This document shows, piece after piece, positions 24,642-38,063 of a stretch of DNA of 64,000 nucleotides (positions within the stretch are counted from its first letter, which is position 1; each line of letters begins with the position of its first letter). The translations under genes were made by a program, and so were the position numbers. This DNA is from Azolla caroliniana (Eukaryota; Plantae; Polypodiophyta), in assembly GCA_043228905.1 (NCBI GenBank), contig JBHGNT010000031.1, forward strand, positions 62,001-126,000, written 5' to 3'. Under the pieces are notes generated by a model. The model searched no databases. It had not been told where the DNA came from and saw only the letters and a list, made by a program, of their open reading frames with translations.

Positions 24642-27537
24642 TTGGACAAAGATCGGCCTTTCGTCATCCCCTTCTTCACTCCGAGGATTGGGGTTGGGCA
24701 GTGGTATTTTTGGTTTTATCACGGAAATTTTCGAACATTTCAGCGAAACAGAGGAAAACTTAGGGGCCAATACTAGATCTTAAAGATTGACACTGTTGTG
24801 CCAAAATTGAAAGAAGCTTGAAGTATTTAAAATTTATACTACATAGGGAAAAAAATCCATCATTGTCCTCGTAGTTTGAGAAATATCATTATTTTGTAAT
24901 TAGGAAAGCACTCTACACTTAAAAAACTGTACACAGTGATGGCATGGGATGCTATTTCATATTAAAATTTACACACTAACACGGGAATTTTGTCACTGTG
25001 TTTATGTTGCACACATAAGCATGATTGACTTGATTATTTTCATTGCCGCTATCATAAAATGTAGTGTCATATTGGCCATTAACAGTTGAATGCAAGAATT
25101 AGCTTTTATTCATTGTATGCAAATGAACTATTTGTTATTCATTTTTGAATGTTTAACAGCTTTGCATGTCTCAGTTTGTGCTCGAACAACTTATGTATAT
25201 GCAGGAGCTTTTGAAACTAAAGAGGGGTCCACTTGGTTTTTTCATTCAAGGTTGTTGAGTTCAGATGTTTTAGATTCATGTGTAATTATATGGATTCTAA
25301 TGTTTAAATATATATCTTCCTCTGTGGAAAACTAGGATTGTGGATCCCACTTTTGGGCACATTTTCCACACAGCAAAGACATAACAAAAACCAGTAGCAT
25401 TGCCGTTTTAAGTAGGCAGGATATCTTAATTCTTGTCACTTTTTATGCCCAAAGATTGATAGATTATGTTTCAATTGCTTTCCATTGACTGTATTTTAAA
25501 GGGTGCACTATTTTTGGCTGGGAGAATCTTGGCATATGTACTCTGATGTTACCCTTTGTGCACAAGATAGATTTGAAACTATCTTCAAAGACATATCCCT
25601 CTACACATGTTTCCCAAAGAAGTAAGTGCATTCTAGTTGTGCAGGTGACCATATCACTTGTGCAAAAGTCTAGTTCAATCTTCTTATGCCCTACATTTAT
25701 GCTTGTGTAAATATGTATTGTACAAATTCTTGCCCCTTCTACAAAAGGGCCATTCATCCTTCAAACGTTTTGGCTACCCAACACTATTGTCTTTAGGCAG
25801 ATCTTTGCTAGGTCTTGGAATGTTGCCTAGAGAAACCTTTTATAGTACAACCATCATGAAGTAACAACCTTTTGTCACCTCATCGATTCTCGTTGGACTT
25901 GGTTTTTCTAGTGATGTTGTTGACATGTGAGTCTTATGCAACTCTAGTTGGCTTGATTTCTCAGCAAAGAGGTTGTTCATGAGGTATATATTGTCTTGCC
26001 TTTTAAGGGTTGAACTATTCAGGTTTTTCGTGAACAAATCAATCGATGGCAATTGAGCACATGCTACATACATGGTACGATGGCTAGTAGGTCACATGTT
26101 TGCCTACTCTTACTAAATGCACCACTTAGCTACATGATGTTATTAATTAATTGTTGGCCAAGGGGCGCATTTATTCCTTTTTATAGAGTTTTTCAACACA
26201 TAGTTGGGTTGAGGCTTTTCAACAACATGAAGGAGGCCATTTGCCTCATGTTGGCTAAGCCATGCTTTGAGGGTATCAATTACTTTTAAGATATGAAAGC
26301 AACGAGGTTTTTAGTGGTGGACTTAGAAGAAGAAGAAGGTACCCTAGGGTGGGATTTTTGTTAAGGATATCACTAATGGTTAAGCAAATAGACTTATAAT
26401 CAAAAGAGACCAAAAGGGCATTGTTTTGCTCAACCATTGTTTATCTAAGGATTTGAGACGTATTTGAAACACCATTGATGACCCATACGATAAATTATTG
26501 TTTGAGATCATGCCTGAGATGCAATCAACAACACTAATGTAACAAGAACCTCATCGCATTGTTGGTGTCGCATGATGTTCTAATGAAGATGTTTGCCTCT
26601 AACTCTCTCTCTCTCTCTCTCTCATTAATGTGGTTAGCTATGCTCATTTTATAATTGCAATCCCTTAGGTCCTCAAGTCATACTTAGACACAAGTTCCTC
26701 AGCTTATTTTTCAGTTTTAATTAGGGAGCAAGGGCATTGAACAAGAGATGAAAACTTGTTTATCGGCTGAAAAGTTATTTTCTCGATTGATGAAAGCAAG
26801 TTGTTGGAGTTCTAGTTGGGAACCCTTTCATACAGTCTTTCGTGATTTATAGTAGTTGCATTTTACACATGTCAAGACATGTCTTCATACAATTGTTCTT
26901 TTGCCTAGATCCTAGATTTATTGAGTTGAAATCTAGAATTCACACAACATTACTAATGCAAGTCCAAATGCAAGGGGGAATCGTGTCACTTGTGTATTTG
27001 TCTTATACCTTGTTTAGCATGTTGAACATGTAAAATTGCTCTCTAGTCTTTTTTGATTGAGTTGCCATTGGCAGTTTCTTCGATATATATTGAAGCATCT
27101 TCTTTGTTGATTTGGCCAATCCATTTGTTTATGGATAGTACATTATACCATGTTTGGGCATGACAACATATTAGATTGTGAGGTCCCATATGGTTGAAAT
27201 GATAAAATGATTTCCTTTGTCATTTATTAGTTTGATTGTATAGGTGTGTTAGCTCGAATCATTCACTTCAAGCGCATGTGTTCACACTAGTGGAGTTAGA
27301 TCTCCACATTTTGGTGGTGAACCAAATGAGTGGTCGACGACACAGAACATAGCTGGCTCAACCGGACAATAGAAAGAAAACAATTAGGTATACACAAAGA
27401 TAGATACCCTAATGGGCTTTGAGGTTAAATACACACACTATCAAACACTGACAAACGAATTAAAGCATAAGTATGAAGCAAACCTCGATTCATAAAGATT
27501 CTCATGATAAGTAAAATTGAAGAGAGTGATTAGGGTT

Positions 27538-27818
27538 CATTGTTGTTAAAAAACGTGTATTCTACGTTTAGAGTACGTTTTAGAATACTTTTAACTATTC
27601 TATGTGTTAGAACCGCTGTTTTTTAAAATATGATGTATTCTACGTATTTAACAAGTATTTATCATTTAAATTTGTGTTCTACGTATTCTAAGTATTCTAC
27701 ACGTATTTTATCTGTAAAATACGTATTCTAAGTATTTAAAAAAAGAAGTTAGAATAGTTGTAGAATACTTACAATACATATTCTACATGTATTTTATGAT
27801 AAGTATTTTACAACAATG
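27538..27818. mobile_element. hAT-type MITE
   Basis: TIR CATTGTTGT.../...ACAACAATG. 8-bp TSD TTAGGGTT at 27530-27537 and 27819-27826. Multiple internal GTATTCTA(CG) subterminal repeats. Confidence 0.85.
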
Positions 27819-27879
27819 TTAGGGTTTGGCCAACAAACCCTTGGCTTATACAAATATGAGAGAGAGAGAGAGAGAGGGA

Positions 27880-30873
27880 TTCAAAATATGAGTTTATTAC
27901 AACACTTTCTAGATACATGTAATGCATTGTTGGTAAAAATTCCATTTGATGTTGTGTTGTTGGGTATTCAAGAGACATTGTCACAAGCCTTACAAGTATT
28001 CGAGGTTCGTACTTATCAAAAATCACGGGTGGTGGCTATGAAAAATGAAGTACATGATCACAACAGTAATTCACATAAGTTTTACCATGGGTTGCATGCA
28101 TCTCATGTTAGAATGAATGTGGTAAGTGTAGAGATTGATGGAACTTTGAATACAAACCCACAAGTGATTATTGATAGTTGTGTTAAACATTTCACGAATC
28201 TTTTTGGGCAATACTATATTCTAAATGATGACATAACACAAGCGTGATCGATGTTATTTAACTCGGACAAGGCGAGTGGCGGGCAACATGCCATGATTGC
28301 ATTGGAGGAGGATATAAAGGAGGAGGAGGAGGAGGAATATGTATTGTCACATATTGCAGTTAATAAAAGTCCGGGTTGGGATGGCATTATGAATGAGTTT
28401 TTTAAAGCATTTGTACCAGAACTCAAAGGCCCTCTGACAATGATATTCCAAAAGTGTGGTGTTCTGGTAAAATGCCCGATTCATAGAAAGTTAGTCTTGT
28501 TAAACTTATACCAAAAGTTGCATCTCCTACGTCTTTTGCTCAATGGAGATTGATATCATTGTTGGGTGGGATGTATAGTATTTTTGCCAAAGTAATTGCA
28601 AATAGACTTCAAAAAGGTATTGTTGTATGTGGTCCATCCAATGCAATATGGGTCTATTGAGGGAAGGGACATCTTGCATAATATTTTGAATGTGTAAATG
28701 GCAATGGCAGTAGATTATGCAAAGGAATCCAAACAACAAATTGTAATGATACAACTAGACATCGAGAAGGCATATGATAATGTAAGTTGGTCTTTTATTA
28801 CTCAACTTATGTCTTATATGGGTTTTGGGGAAAGGATGTCTCGAATATCATTGTTGGTGGGATTAGATGTAGAGTCACACATTATGTCAAATGGTGGAGT
28901 TACTAAGGCAATACCATTGAAAAGATCACTTAGACAATGGTGCCCATTGAGTCCATTATTATTTGCAATTGCTACACACCTGATTTTGGCGAAGATGCAT
29001 GTGTTGGCAACATGTTGGGAAATAGTTGGATTAGCTCTACCATCAGGGAAACAATTGATTGCTCAAGCATTGGATGATGATTCATTTTTATTTCTCAAAG
29101 CGGCACCTGATAATATAGCTAAAGTCGCGGAGGTGTGGAATGTGTTCGCATTGGCGTCAGGATTACATATAAATATGCGGAAGTCGATGCTCATTAGATG
29201 AACTGAGAGTGATTTGGTTAATCTTGGATGGGGTGGCCAAATATTAGATCAAGGGAATGTGTGTTGGCACTTAGGTTACCCTATTGGTGTTGATATCTCA
29301 TCATCGCAAAGTTTGAATTGGATATTGGAAACCATTTTGGACAAATTTATGCATTGGAAGTCTCAAGCATTGTCGTTTAGTACTCGTCTCAAAGTGGTAC
29401 AAGCTATAATGATTTCAATGATTTCTTATTTTTTGCCATTGTTATCGTGGACAAAGAAATCACTTGATCATTTAGCTCGTTCACTTAAATATACACTATG
29501 GAAGAAAGAAACAAACCTTGGTATGAGTTGGGTATCATGGAACAATATTTGTACCCCGAAACGGCTAGGGGGTTATTAAATTTAGAAGATCATATGCTAG
29601 CTCGAAGATTCAATCTTTTGAAAGGTATGTGCATAGGTACCCAACCTTGGGCAGAAATAACTAGTTATTTTGTGGAAAAGGTTGGTATATACCATGGGAA
29701 AACGAGAATTACAACTTTTTGGTGGCATGTTGTTAATAGTACCCGATCATTTAAATGTTCAGAATCTATTATGGTTCAACAATTGGTGGTTTCTTGGTAG
29801 CGATGTTTGAATTTGTTTAATTGGGGGCCTCCTAAATGTAGAAAAGATATAAATTCATTGGCAGCAGAGGTGTTGGCAGCTTCAAGGATATTACACTGGG
29901 ATTGAAAAGAAAGTTTAAATTCACAGTTCAATTGAATGGCAAGGCTAGGCTTGGTAAATGTGGAAGATGGTATCTTAGAGTTACGTAGGAAAATGATGGT
30001 CTTTTGGACAATTAGAAATAAGTTTCATATACCACGTGCATATGGGTATATTTGGCAATCAATATTGGCATTGCCTAGATTAGTTTTCTCAATTCCAGAG
30101 GTGGTGGTGGAGGCATGGAAAGATTGGTCATTTGGTATTGGGAAATTGATTTTTGTGGTGCACACTAATGATGTTTACCATAAGTTGGTTGAAGATAGAG
30201 CTTGGTTATCAAATAAGGTTTTAGATACATTGTGCATTACTCAACATGTAAAGTGGTGGCATAGAGTTTTAGATGCAGGGTGGTAGTCTCATATTCCATA
30301 TCGTGCAAAGGTGTTTCTTTGGTGTGCCATAGTTGGTGGGTTGCCTTTGGCGATGGCCTTAAAACGAAGACATATTTCGAATGGGACATGTTTTTTCTGT
30401 ATGGTGATTGAAGAAGATGTCAGACATAGGTTCATTACATGTCCGGTTGCTAAAGCCATTTGAGTGATTATATCACAAATTTGGGCATTGATAACAAGAA
30501 ATATTTTGTCACCTTATAAGCGGGTTTTTATTGATGAGGATAAAGCTATGCCCACACCATCATATAAGGTTGTCTTTTACTACCTTAGATATTGGGGGAT
30601 GTGGTTTAATTGGACCATGAGAAATGGGTTCTTGTTTGATGGACTTCATGGGGTAACACAACAACTCCATAGGATGAAAGGGAAGTTGATTTGGCAATTT
30701 TCACAACTATGTTGTATGGGGACGTTGTCCCAAGAGGAGATGGACTTATGTCATCTAGTTTTAAAACACTTGAGAGGGTTTCCCTTGCACTATCATTGTT
30801 TATGAAGTAGTGAAGATAGCAAGGGTTGTATTATCATCTTGTTTTAATAACAAACATTGATTTACGAAAAAAA
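27880..30873 (+). mobile_element. 5'-truncated, degenerate L1-clade LINE (reverse transcriptase and zf-RVT), pseudogenised
   Basis: Fragmented ORFs carry KSPGWDG, QLDIEKAYDNVSW, SLRQWCPLSPLLF, DDSFLFL, SGLHINMRKS, HLGYPIG and CTPKRLGG, plus a C-terminal CFFC...HRFITC and WGMWFNWTMRN. Numerous stops and frameshifts; A-rich tail at ~30866. Left boundary approximate. Confidence 0.85.
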
Positions 30874-30907
30874 GAAAGAAAGAGGGAGGGAGGGAGAGAC
30901 CTTTTCA

Positions 30908-30945
<38 letters not shown>

Positions 30946-32597
30946 AGAGAGAGAGCTTGGATTCAAATGAGGGGTTTTGGGACTCAAAGATTCAAGAAGC
31001 TAAAAAGTCACAACATGCTCGTTTTATAGCTCTTTTACAAAGGGCTTGTCCCCTTTCACATTGGGGTGACCATTTGGCCTAAACTTTAGATGTGTTTTGT
31101 TCTATCCCCTTTTTCCTTATTCTTGTGTTTGGTCCTGGTCCTTGTCTTCATTGGTCATCCTACACACGATAGGAAAGAACAATAGTAAAATCAACACTAG
31201 ATGTTTTTCAATAGGAAATTTGCCATTGAGGATGCCATGTTCTCTTAGAGTACTTCAACCTCCACCTATTTTGTATAGTAATTCATTTGTATTAAGATGT
31301 GCCAATTGTTCGTATAGGTTGAAATTGGGGTGAAGGGACCAACAAAATCAAGCCCCTCATTTTTTTACTATCTCCATGAGTTGGTGTGACATTCGGGACA
31401 ATTTGGCAAGTTGGTTGAGTTGTTGTCATTTGTTGCATCATTTGCGATATAGGTGTGGGTTGTTGGGTACGATTGAACACCAAAGACTAGCTTACCAAAG
31501 ACATTTTCTCTTAAGATGCCAAGATGTTCGTGATACTAAATGTTGCATCTCTAGATATAAACACATTTGTCATCAAGTACATTATTGAGGAGGCAGAAGT
31601 TGCAACTCCGAATTGTGAATCATTTCCTCTCATCTCTCTTCGTGCCGGTCATAGGTGGACCATTTAATGTATGAAGAAGTTCATTTCCAAGATCCATTTG
31701 TCTAGGTCACCCTTGGTTTCGTACAACCTTCTCCTCAGTAGTGGAGTAATTTCATTTGTGCTAAATCATTTCTGGCAAGTGTTGTAAATTGGCCAATATA
31801 CCATTTGGGGTCATACAAATGCATCAGTATATTGTCGATGGTAGAATTAGATGTGTCAACAAAACTTGGAACAAGAGCTTGGGCTACGAATCACGTCTTT
31901 AACTTCCTGTTTGGCTTTGAAATAAGCAATGTCATCTCCTACATTGGTAAAGGGTTTATCTCAATGCAAATAAGAATAAACATTAGAATCTTGATGAGGG
32001 ATGTTTCTAGTTGGTGTAGCCTTTATGTTCATCACATATTTCTCCAATTCCCTCTTAATCAAGCATGCCACCCCTCCTTGTCATCTTCATTAGCTTGGAT
32101 TTTTATCCATATCAAGGAGTGTAAATTGCAGTTGTCCAAACCTTGAATCCTTTAAGTATCATGCTTCCAAGTTGCAACGAGAAGCCTGATGCATTGGTCA
32201 AATCCTCTGTGTTAAATCCCACATTCCATGGGTATCCAAAACAATGCTAAAAACATAACCATAAATACATAAATTAATCACATAGGTCACATGTCCCTAT
32301 TTGCCTAAATTTCCATCTTTGGGCACATCCTTAACCTTATTCTTACATTTTTCTTTATATGTTTTATGGCAAGAATTTTGTTGTGAGATATTATGATATG
32401 CACTCACAAAGCATGTGTATCTTTGAGGTATACCCAAATTTTTTCAAGAATGGTCCTCCACTTTATATTGTCAGCCTCTTTTCATAGAATGGCTTTTCTC
32501 CCGAATGAGTAACACCATAAAATAAGCCCATACACATCCACATTAGACATGCCATAATGCATACTAAAGAATTCATCAATGAAATTTGTGGGATGCA

Positions 32598-32974
32598 TAA
32601 CAATCGGCAACAATTCAGTTTGAACCGAACCAAATCGCGAAACCACAGCTTAATGCTTTTTTTTTTTTTAATTTGTAAAAAATTTTAAAAATTATTTTTA
32701 AACAATCTTGTCATTTTCAGACCTTATTCTCACATTTTAGGAACATCTTACAAATTTTAAAAAATAAAAGATTATAAATTTTAAAAAATTAAAATTTTGA
32801 CCTATGTTGAAAACCGAAACCAAACCACAAAACCACAGTTTTACGGTTTAATGGTTTAACGGTTTGAAAATTGTTTAACGTTTCGGTTCAGGTTTCCAAA
32901 AATTTAAACGGTTCGGTTCCAAACTGGTTCAATTTGGACCCTCTCAAACCGAACCGAACCGTTGCCGATTGTTA
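32598..32974. mobile_element. hAT-type MITE with AACCG subterminal repeats
   Basis: Perfect 14-bp TIR TAACAATCGGCAAC / GTTGCCGATTGTTA. Perfect 8-bp TSD GGGATGCA at 32590-32597 and 32975-32982. Many (A)AACCG/CGGTT motifs. Confidence 0.92.
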
Positions 32975-33016
32975 GGGATGCATGTGTTCCTATACTATCC
33001 TCATTAATACCATAAT

Positions 33017-35086
33017 TAAGAATTGGCAATAGTTTAACTAGTTTGGAAGAGTTCAAACTTGAAATGAGCCGAACCTTAAATTGGTCTAGGCTAAACTGGT
33101 TACTGATTCTTTTTTGTTTAATTTTTGCTTCCCCCCCTCCTCCTTCGGCAAGTGGGTTTTAGACCAAAACACTCCGTAATAGATAATCTTGTTACATTAA
33201 GGGTAATTATAGAAGAAAGTCGACTGTAAGGAAAGACACTTTATTGTTGCTTTGTTGATTTTAAGAAAACATTTGATACAATACCACGAAGTGAGCTTTC
33301 GAAGCGAATGCATTGGCATGCCATTAGAGTATCGAGTTGCTATTGCATGATTATATGAACAAGTTAGATGTCAACTATTGCATGTTTCTTAGAACACTTG
33401 TTAAGTAATATGGGGGTTAAGCAAGGATGTCCATTATCACCTACACTCTTTGGATTATGCATTGATAAATTGGAAGAAGTGGTTAATAGGGTAACAAGAA
33501 AAGAAATGAATAGATGCCCCAAAACTAATGCAACACGTTATCTTACTGCTTTTATGCGGATGGCATGGTTATCTTTTTGTATGATGTTGGTGGTATACAA
33601 CATTTACTTGGAGAATTAGAAGCATTTTGCCAAAGTGGTGGACTAATTGTAAATGTGGATAAAACAAAAATGATGGTAGTGCAAACCATGTAGCCTCACC
33701 AATACCCTATGCTTATATATAAAGGAGAACACGTACAATTTGTACAAAGTTTTACATATATTGGTATTAATGTACTAGCCACGAATAAATGGAGTGTATG
33801 CTTTGAGTCTAGACTTCAAGTTGGTTGGAAGAGTTATTATATGTTGGAAAATTAATGCAACCAGAGTGATACTCATGAATGGGAAGTGAAACAAATGTTA
33901 TTTAATGCCATGGTAACACAAGTTTCGCTTTATGGAGTAGAAGGGTCAAGAGGTACTCTCTCCCGTAATGCATGGAATGAGATTGAGAAGATTCAAAGGA
34001 TGTTTTTAAGGAGACAATAGGGAGTAAAATCCACCACCTCCTATCAAGTCACGCTCTTGGAAATAGGTGTTCGACCTATAGAGATATTGGCGCTATAGAG
34101 AGTATATGGATACATCAAGAATATGCCAAATAATAGATTACCACATCTTTCTTGGAATGTTGGGTGTAAACTACAAAAGAATCACAAGAGCAAAATTCTC
34201 TCATCCAGTTGGGTAGTTGACATCAAAAAATGGTTCAAAACATGGGGAACATCTCCATGGGGAACATCTCCAAGAGTTTTCAAGTGATTCTATGAAATAT
34301 GTAAGTATTGAGGAAAGATTGATGGATCCACTAAGGAAGAAGTGGAAAGACGCTAAAAAGACAAATTAGAATATTACATTGCAAACATCAATCCTGAATG
34401 TTGGGTTCAATATAGGGCAAGAAGGCATATTGATTGTATTAAGCCTTACCTCATTACTAGCATGAGTATTAACTCTCATACAACCCTAACACTCCGTCTC
34501 ACTTGATCACACAACCTAGGTATTGAAGTTGCATTATGGAATCAAATTGAACCAAATATAAAGACATGTAAGCTATGCAAGGAAGGGCTAGTAGAGGATG
34601 AACATCACTTGCTTTTTACATGCTCTGCATATAGTGCAATTCATGAAAGATATGATGTGATATATTAAGAGGGGTTGATGACGTGAGTATCATACTAAAG
34701 AGAACACCTAGAAAGTTGAGCTTATATGTGTATGCCTTATTTGCACACCAAGACTTGGTGCTTCAAAGTATGAATATCCTTTCTTAGGAAGGAGTCACAT
34801 ATTCAAGATAACTTTTGTACTTAGCTCCTATGGGTCAATATTGGCCTTTGTATGGATGCCAAAAAAATTCAATCAATCATCATCTCTCTCTCAAAAAATA
34901 AAAAAAATAAAAAAATGTTATATCTTTAAATTTTGCTTAATTGGTTTGAGCCAATTAAAGCATGACTCAAGCCAAACCAAATAGAGCTCAAAACATTTAA
35001 GCAAACTCTAGCCTAACCAAACTACCAAATTGTTTAACAACTTAACAACTTGGTTCAGACTTGAGCCACACCGTTGCCGACTCCTA
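33017..35086. mobile_element. Older hAT-type MITE of a related family, split by a LINE insertion
   Basis: Left end TAAGAATTGGCAAT and right end CCGTTGCCGACTCCTA form an imperfect TIR pair. Degenerate TSD CCATAAT / CCATGGAT. AACC/GGTT-rich halves at 33017-33130 and 34900-35086. Confidence 0.6.
33150..34885 (+). mobile_element. Degenerate RTE-like LINE (RT domain to 3' tail)
   Basis: GFRPKHSVIDNL, CCFVDFKKTFD, GVKQGCPLSPTLFGLCID, GLIVNVDKTKMM, LYGVE, and a C-terminal CKLC...EDEHHLLFTC. Ends in TGGGTCAATATTGGCC...AAAAAAATTCAATCAATC. Confidence 0.82.
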
Positions 35087-36472
35087 CCATGGATGACAAT
35101 GTTTCTCAACCTTTGTTCATGTTCTTTTATTTCTTGGAAATCGATATATTCTATATTCATTCCTTGATTTATCACATGCATAATAGGTGAGTCATTGACA
35201 AAATCAACCCACGACTTTGTTGTGCATACAATTTTCATTTCACTCACATCCTACCTCATTCATTGTGTCTATTTTTAGCTCTTCAATGCATCGTTTAGAT
35301 CAATTTTGTTTAGTTATTCATTTGTTTCTAACTAAGCTTACTTATATTCTCTAACTTCATCTTTAAGTTTTACAATTGCTTTCTTATGGCTCTCATTTTC
35401 AATAGATATGATCTGTAGCTTTGCATTCTCTTGCATGAGTGCCCTAATATCTTCACCTTGTTTACTTATAGAGTCTTTTAAATAAATCAAATGACTTATA
35501 AACATTGCCTCGTCCATTATAAGTGAATTTGTTGCATTAGGATAAAGAATATTTGGTATTCTTCGATCATTATCAATCATTGTTCCGAACTTTGTGGGTT
35601 TCTAGTGAGTGTTTGTCATATTACAGGTCAAACCCTATGAGAAATATAGTTATGAAATTTGTCGACCATTGTTTGGTCCAACTCTACGAGAAGTATAGAT
35701 GAGAGAAAGAGAGTTTGTTCAAGCACTACAATAGTTGCCTTGGAAAGCTTTAGTAAATAACCAAGCATAGAGATTGACCAAAAATTGCCTTTGTCTAATA
35801 GCTTATTCCTTCTAATCTAGTGGCCCAAAAGATCTCTTTTCTAATATTCGATTCAAAATAAATTCTACTATCATTTTAGCTCTTCACAAAGAATGCATAC
35901 TCATTAACATTGTATAAACATTCAAAGGTGTAGCACATAGCATTGTATTTGCATTCAAAGAAGGTTAGGTGCAAATACTCCTTCACTTAAGGCCTTAGAA
36001 ATTGAGGTAGATATTCTAGCTAGAACTAGTTGCAAGAGTGCATAAGGGTAATTAGGCAATAAATGATTTAACTTCTAGTGAGTTTGATTGAAGTTGGCGA
36101 AGGACTATATATTAAATTGCTATTCATTTAGAATCACAATATGACCTGTTAAGAATTAAATGAAAACGAAAAAGCTATTGAAAAACAAGACGATTTTTAA
36201 AATATAGTCTTTATTTTGCTAAATTTCCAACTTACAAGCAAACATGAAAAACGTTATGCCATTAGCTCTCCCCTTTCATGGGATTTTGCTTTTTAAAGGA
36301 AAAGTTCATTGCTTCTAAAACAAAGGGTTTGAGAATGATAAGATACATTTGGTATAGGACTAACCATACTTTAATACCACCGACAATTATGCAAAGCATA
36401 ATCATTTTATGCTATATATTGTATTCAACAATATGCATTGAAATTAAATTTTGTAAAACTTCACTATACGTA

Positions 36473-36546
36473 AGTCCCGTAGCTCAGTTGGTTAGAGCGT
36501 TGGTCTTATGAGCCGAAGGTCGCGGGTTCGAGCCCCGCCGGGACTA
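36473..36546 (+). tRNA. tRNA-Ile(UAU): tRNA-Ile (anticodon UAU), intronless
   Basis: Cloverleaf: acceptor AGTCCCG/CGGGACT, D-arm GCTC-AGTTGGTTA-GAGC, anticodon arm TTGGT-CTTATGA-GCCGA, T-arm GCGGG-TTCGAGC-CCCGC, discriminator A. TTTT Pol III terminator at 36550-36553. Confidence 0.96.
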
Positions 36547-36745
36547 CCGTTTTGTAATTTCGATCTGAGCTCTTCGTATACGGTTTACTGAACTCAAAAA
36601 ACTAAAAAAAGTACAATAACATCGTGACGAATATAACTTGAAAATTAAAGAAGATTAGCATTTAGCACACAAATTTTCCTTCTGTTGTGTAGTTATGTGC
36701 AAGTAGGCATAACACTACATTTAACTAGAATGGCCTAAATTGTTG

Positions 36746-36980
36746 TATCAGCCCATTTTTAATTGCATTGTGTCTCTTCAACAACAACATTTGAAGGGGG
36801 GTTACATGAGATCAGGTAATACCAATTTGTGTGCACATACATATGTCCATCTACACCACTAAATTTTGGTATCAGCCCATCTGTAATTTCATTGTGTCTC
36901 TTCAACAACATTTGAAGTGGGGGTTACATGAGATCAGGTAATAGCAATTTGTGTGCACATAAATATGTCCATCAACACCA
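36746..36980. repeat. Tandem duplication, ~123-bp period, 2 copies
   Basis: GTATCAGCCCAT...CATTGTGTCTCTTCAACAAC...GGGGGTTACATGAGATCAGGTAAT...GTGTGCACATA...ATGTCCATC...CACCA x2. Confidence 0.88.
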
Positions 36981-38063
36981 TGACCCTATCATCCAACACC
37001 AAATGTAATTCACTCGATTCAAAGACCTTTCCATCTTGGATTGCCCCATGTTGGAGATATTTTGAAGACACAAGTTGCATTCCATGCAAGCTTAGAATGG
37101 TTAACTTCTTTGCTCACGAGATTCTTTGATGCCTTACATAGTTCTAGCCATTTAGTATTTTAATTTTTTGTTTCCATAGATGAGACAGGATGTTAAGGTA
37201 TAACCTCTTGTTTTGTTTCATATGCCATTTGGCTTCTTAAAAAATTTGAATATATTTTTCTTTCCAAAAAGTAAAAATTCTATTGCTACCAAGAACTCTA
37301 TTTCTCGTGTTGATGTCTCACAATGGAAGTGAAACAAGATGAGAGAGAAAACAAGTCGATGACAAGTAAGGCAATAGAATAATACTCGATTTGCAAGTTT
37401 TACAAGACAAAGGACAACTCATGATCCAATTCAAAATAAGTGTAGGTGAGACGATTTCTCTGGAACCATAAGAATTTACTGATGTTAAACATCAGTAAGC
37501 ATGGAATATAAGGATTAATCCAAAGGATAGAATGGGTTGAATTAAGCTTGAAGAACCCAGTCCTCGCATTTTGCAATACTGGGAAAGACCATCAAACCAA
37601 CCACTGGATTTGACTGCAACACGTGCTAAAATCCAAGGAATTGTTGCTTACTACTGGTAATGCACTGCCTCATTTCTCGTTTATCATGTCTCCAAGGCAT
37701 TCAAAGGGATGCCAGACATCTCAAGTACTTCCAGAGTATTTCGTGCCAGAATGAATGTGATGAGACCACCTTCAAACCATTCCAATGGTGTGCCCTCCTT
37801 ACGAGAAGAAGACAATGTTGAACTCATGTGATGGTCGTAGTGCCTTATCACAATCACAGATGTAAGAGCGCTAGCAGCTGCCGAAACAATATGCATGCAG
37901 AAAGTAATGGCACTGTTTGGGATGCATCTATGTCTCAAATAACTCCCTCCTGAGAAGGCTATCTCCTTATAACCATGTTTCATAGCTTGTTTGGGAGACT
38001 CCATAAGCACATCTTCAAAGCACCTGTCTCAGTACATGTAACACGGACAAAACAGAAAGGACT

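Larger units (their letters stand above)
32480..35600 (-). mobile_element. Degenerate LINE ORF1-like sequence interrupted by nested insertions
   Basis: Coiled coil (35580-35338) and EHEQRLRNIVIHG (to 35087). The sequence continues after removal of the 33017-35086 insert as INEDSIGT, and after removal of the 32598-32974 insert as (frameshifted) NFIDEFFSMHYGMSNVDVYG. Boundaries approximate. Confidence 0.55.

Noticed and set aside
37684-38010. 108-aa minus-strand ORF just downstream of the PPR gene as a possible detached DYW domain
   Set aside because: No PG box, HSE/HxE, CxxC or terminal DYW-like motif, and it starts at GTG. Probably 3'UTR.
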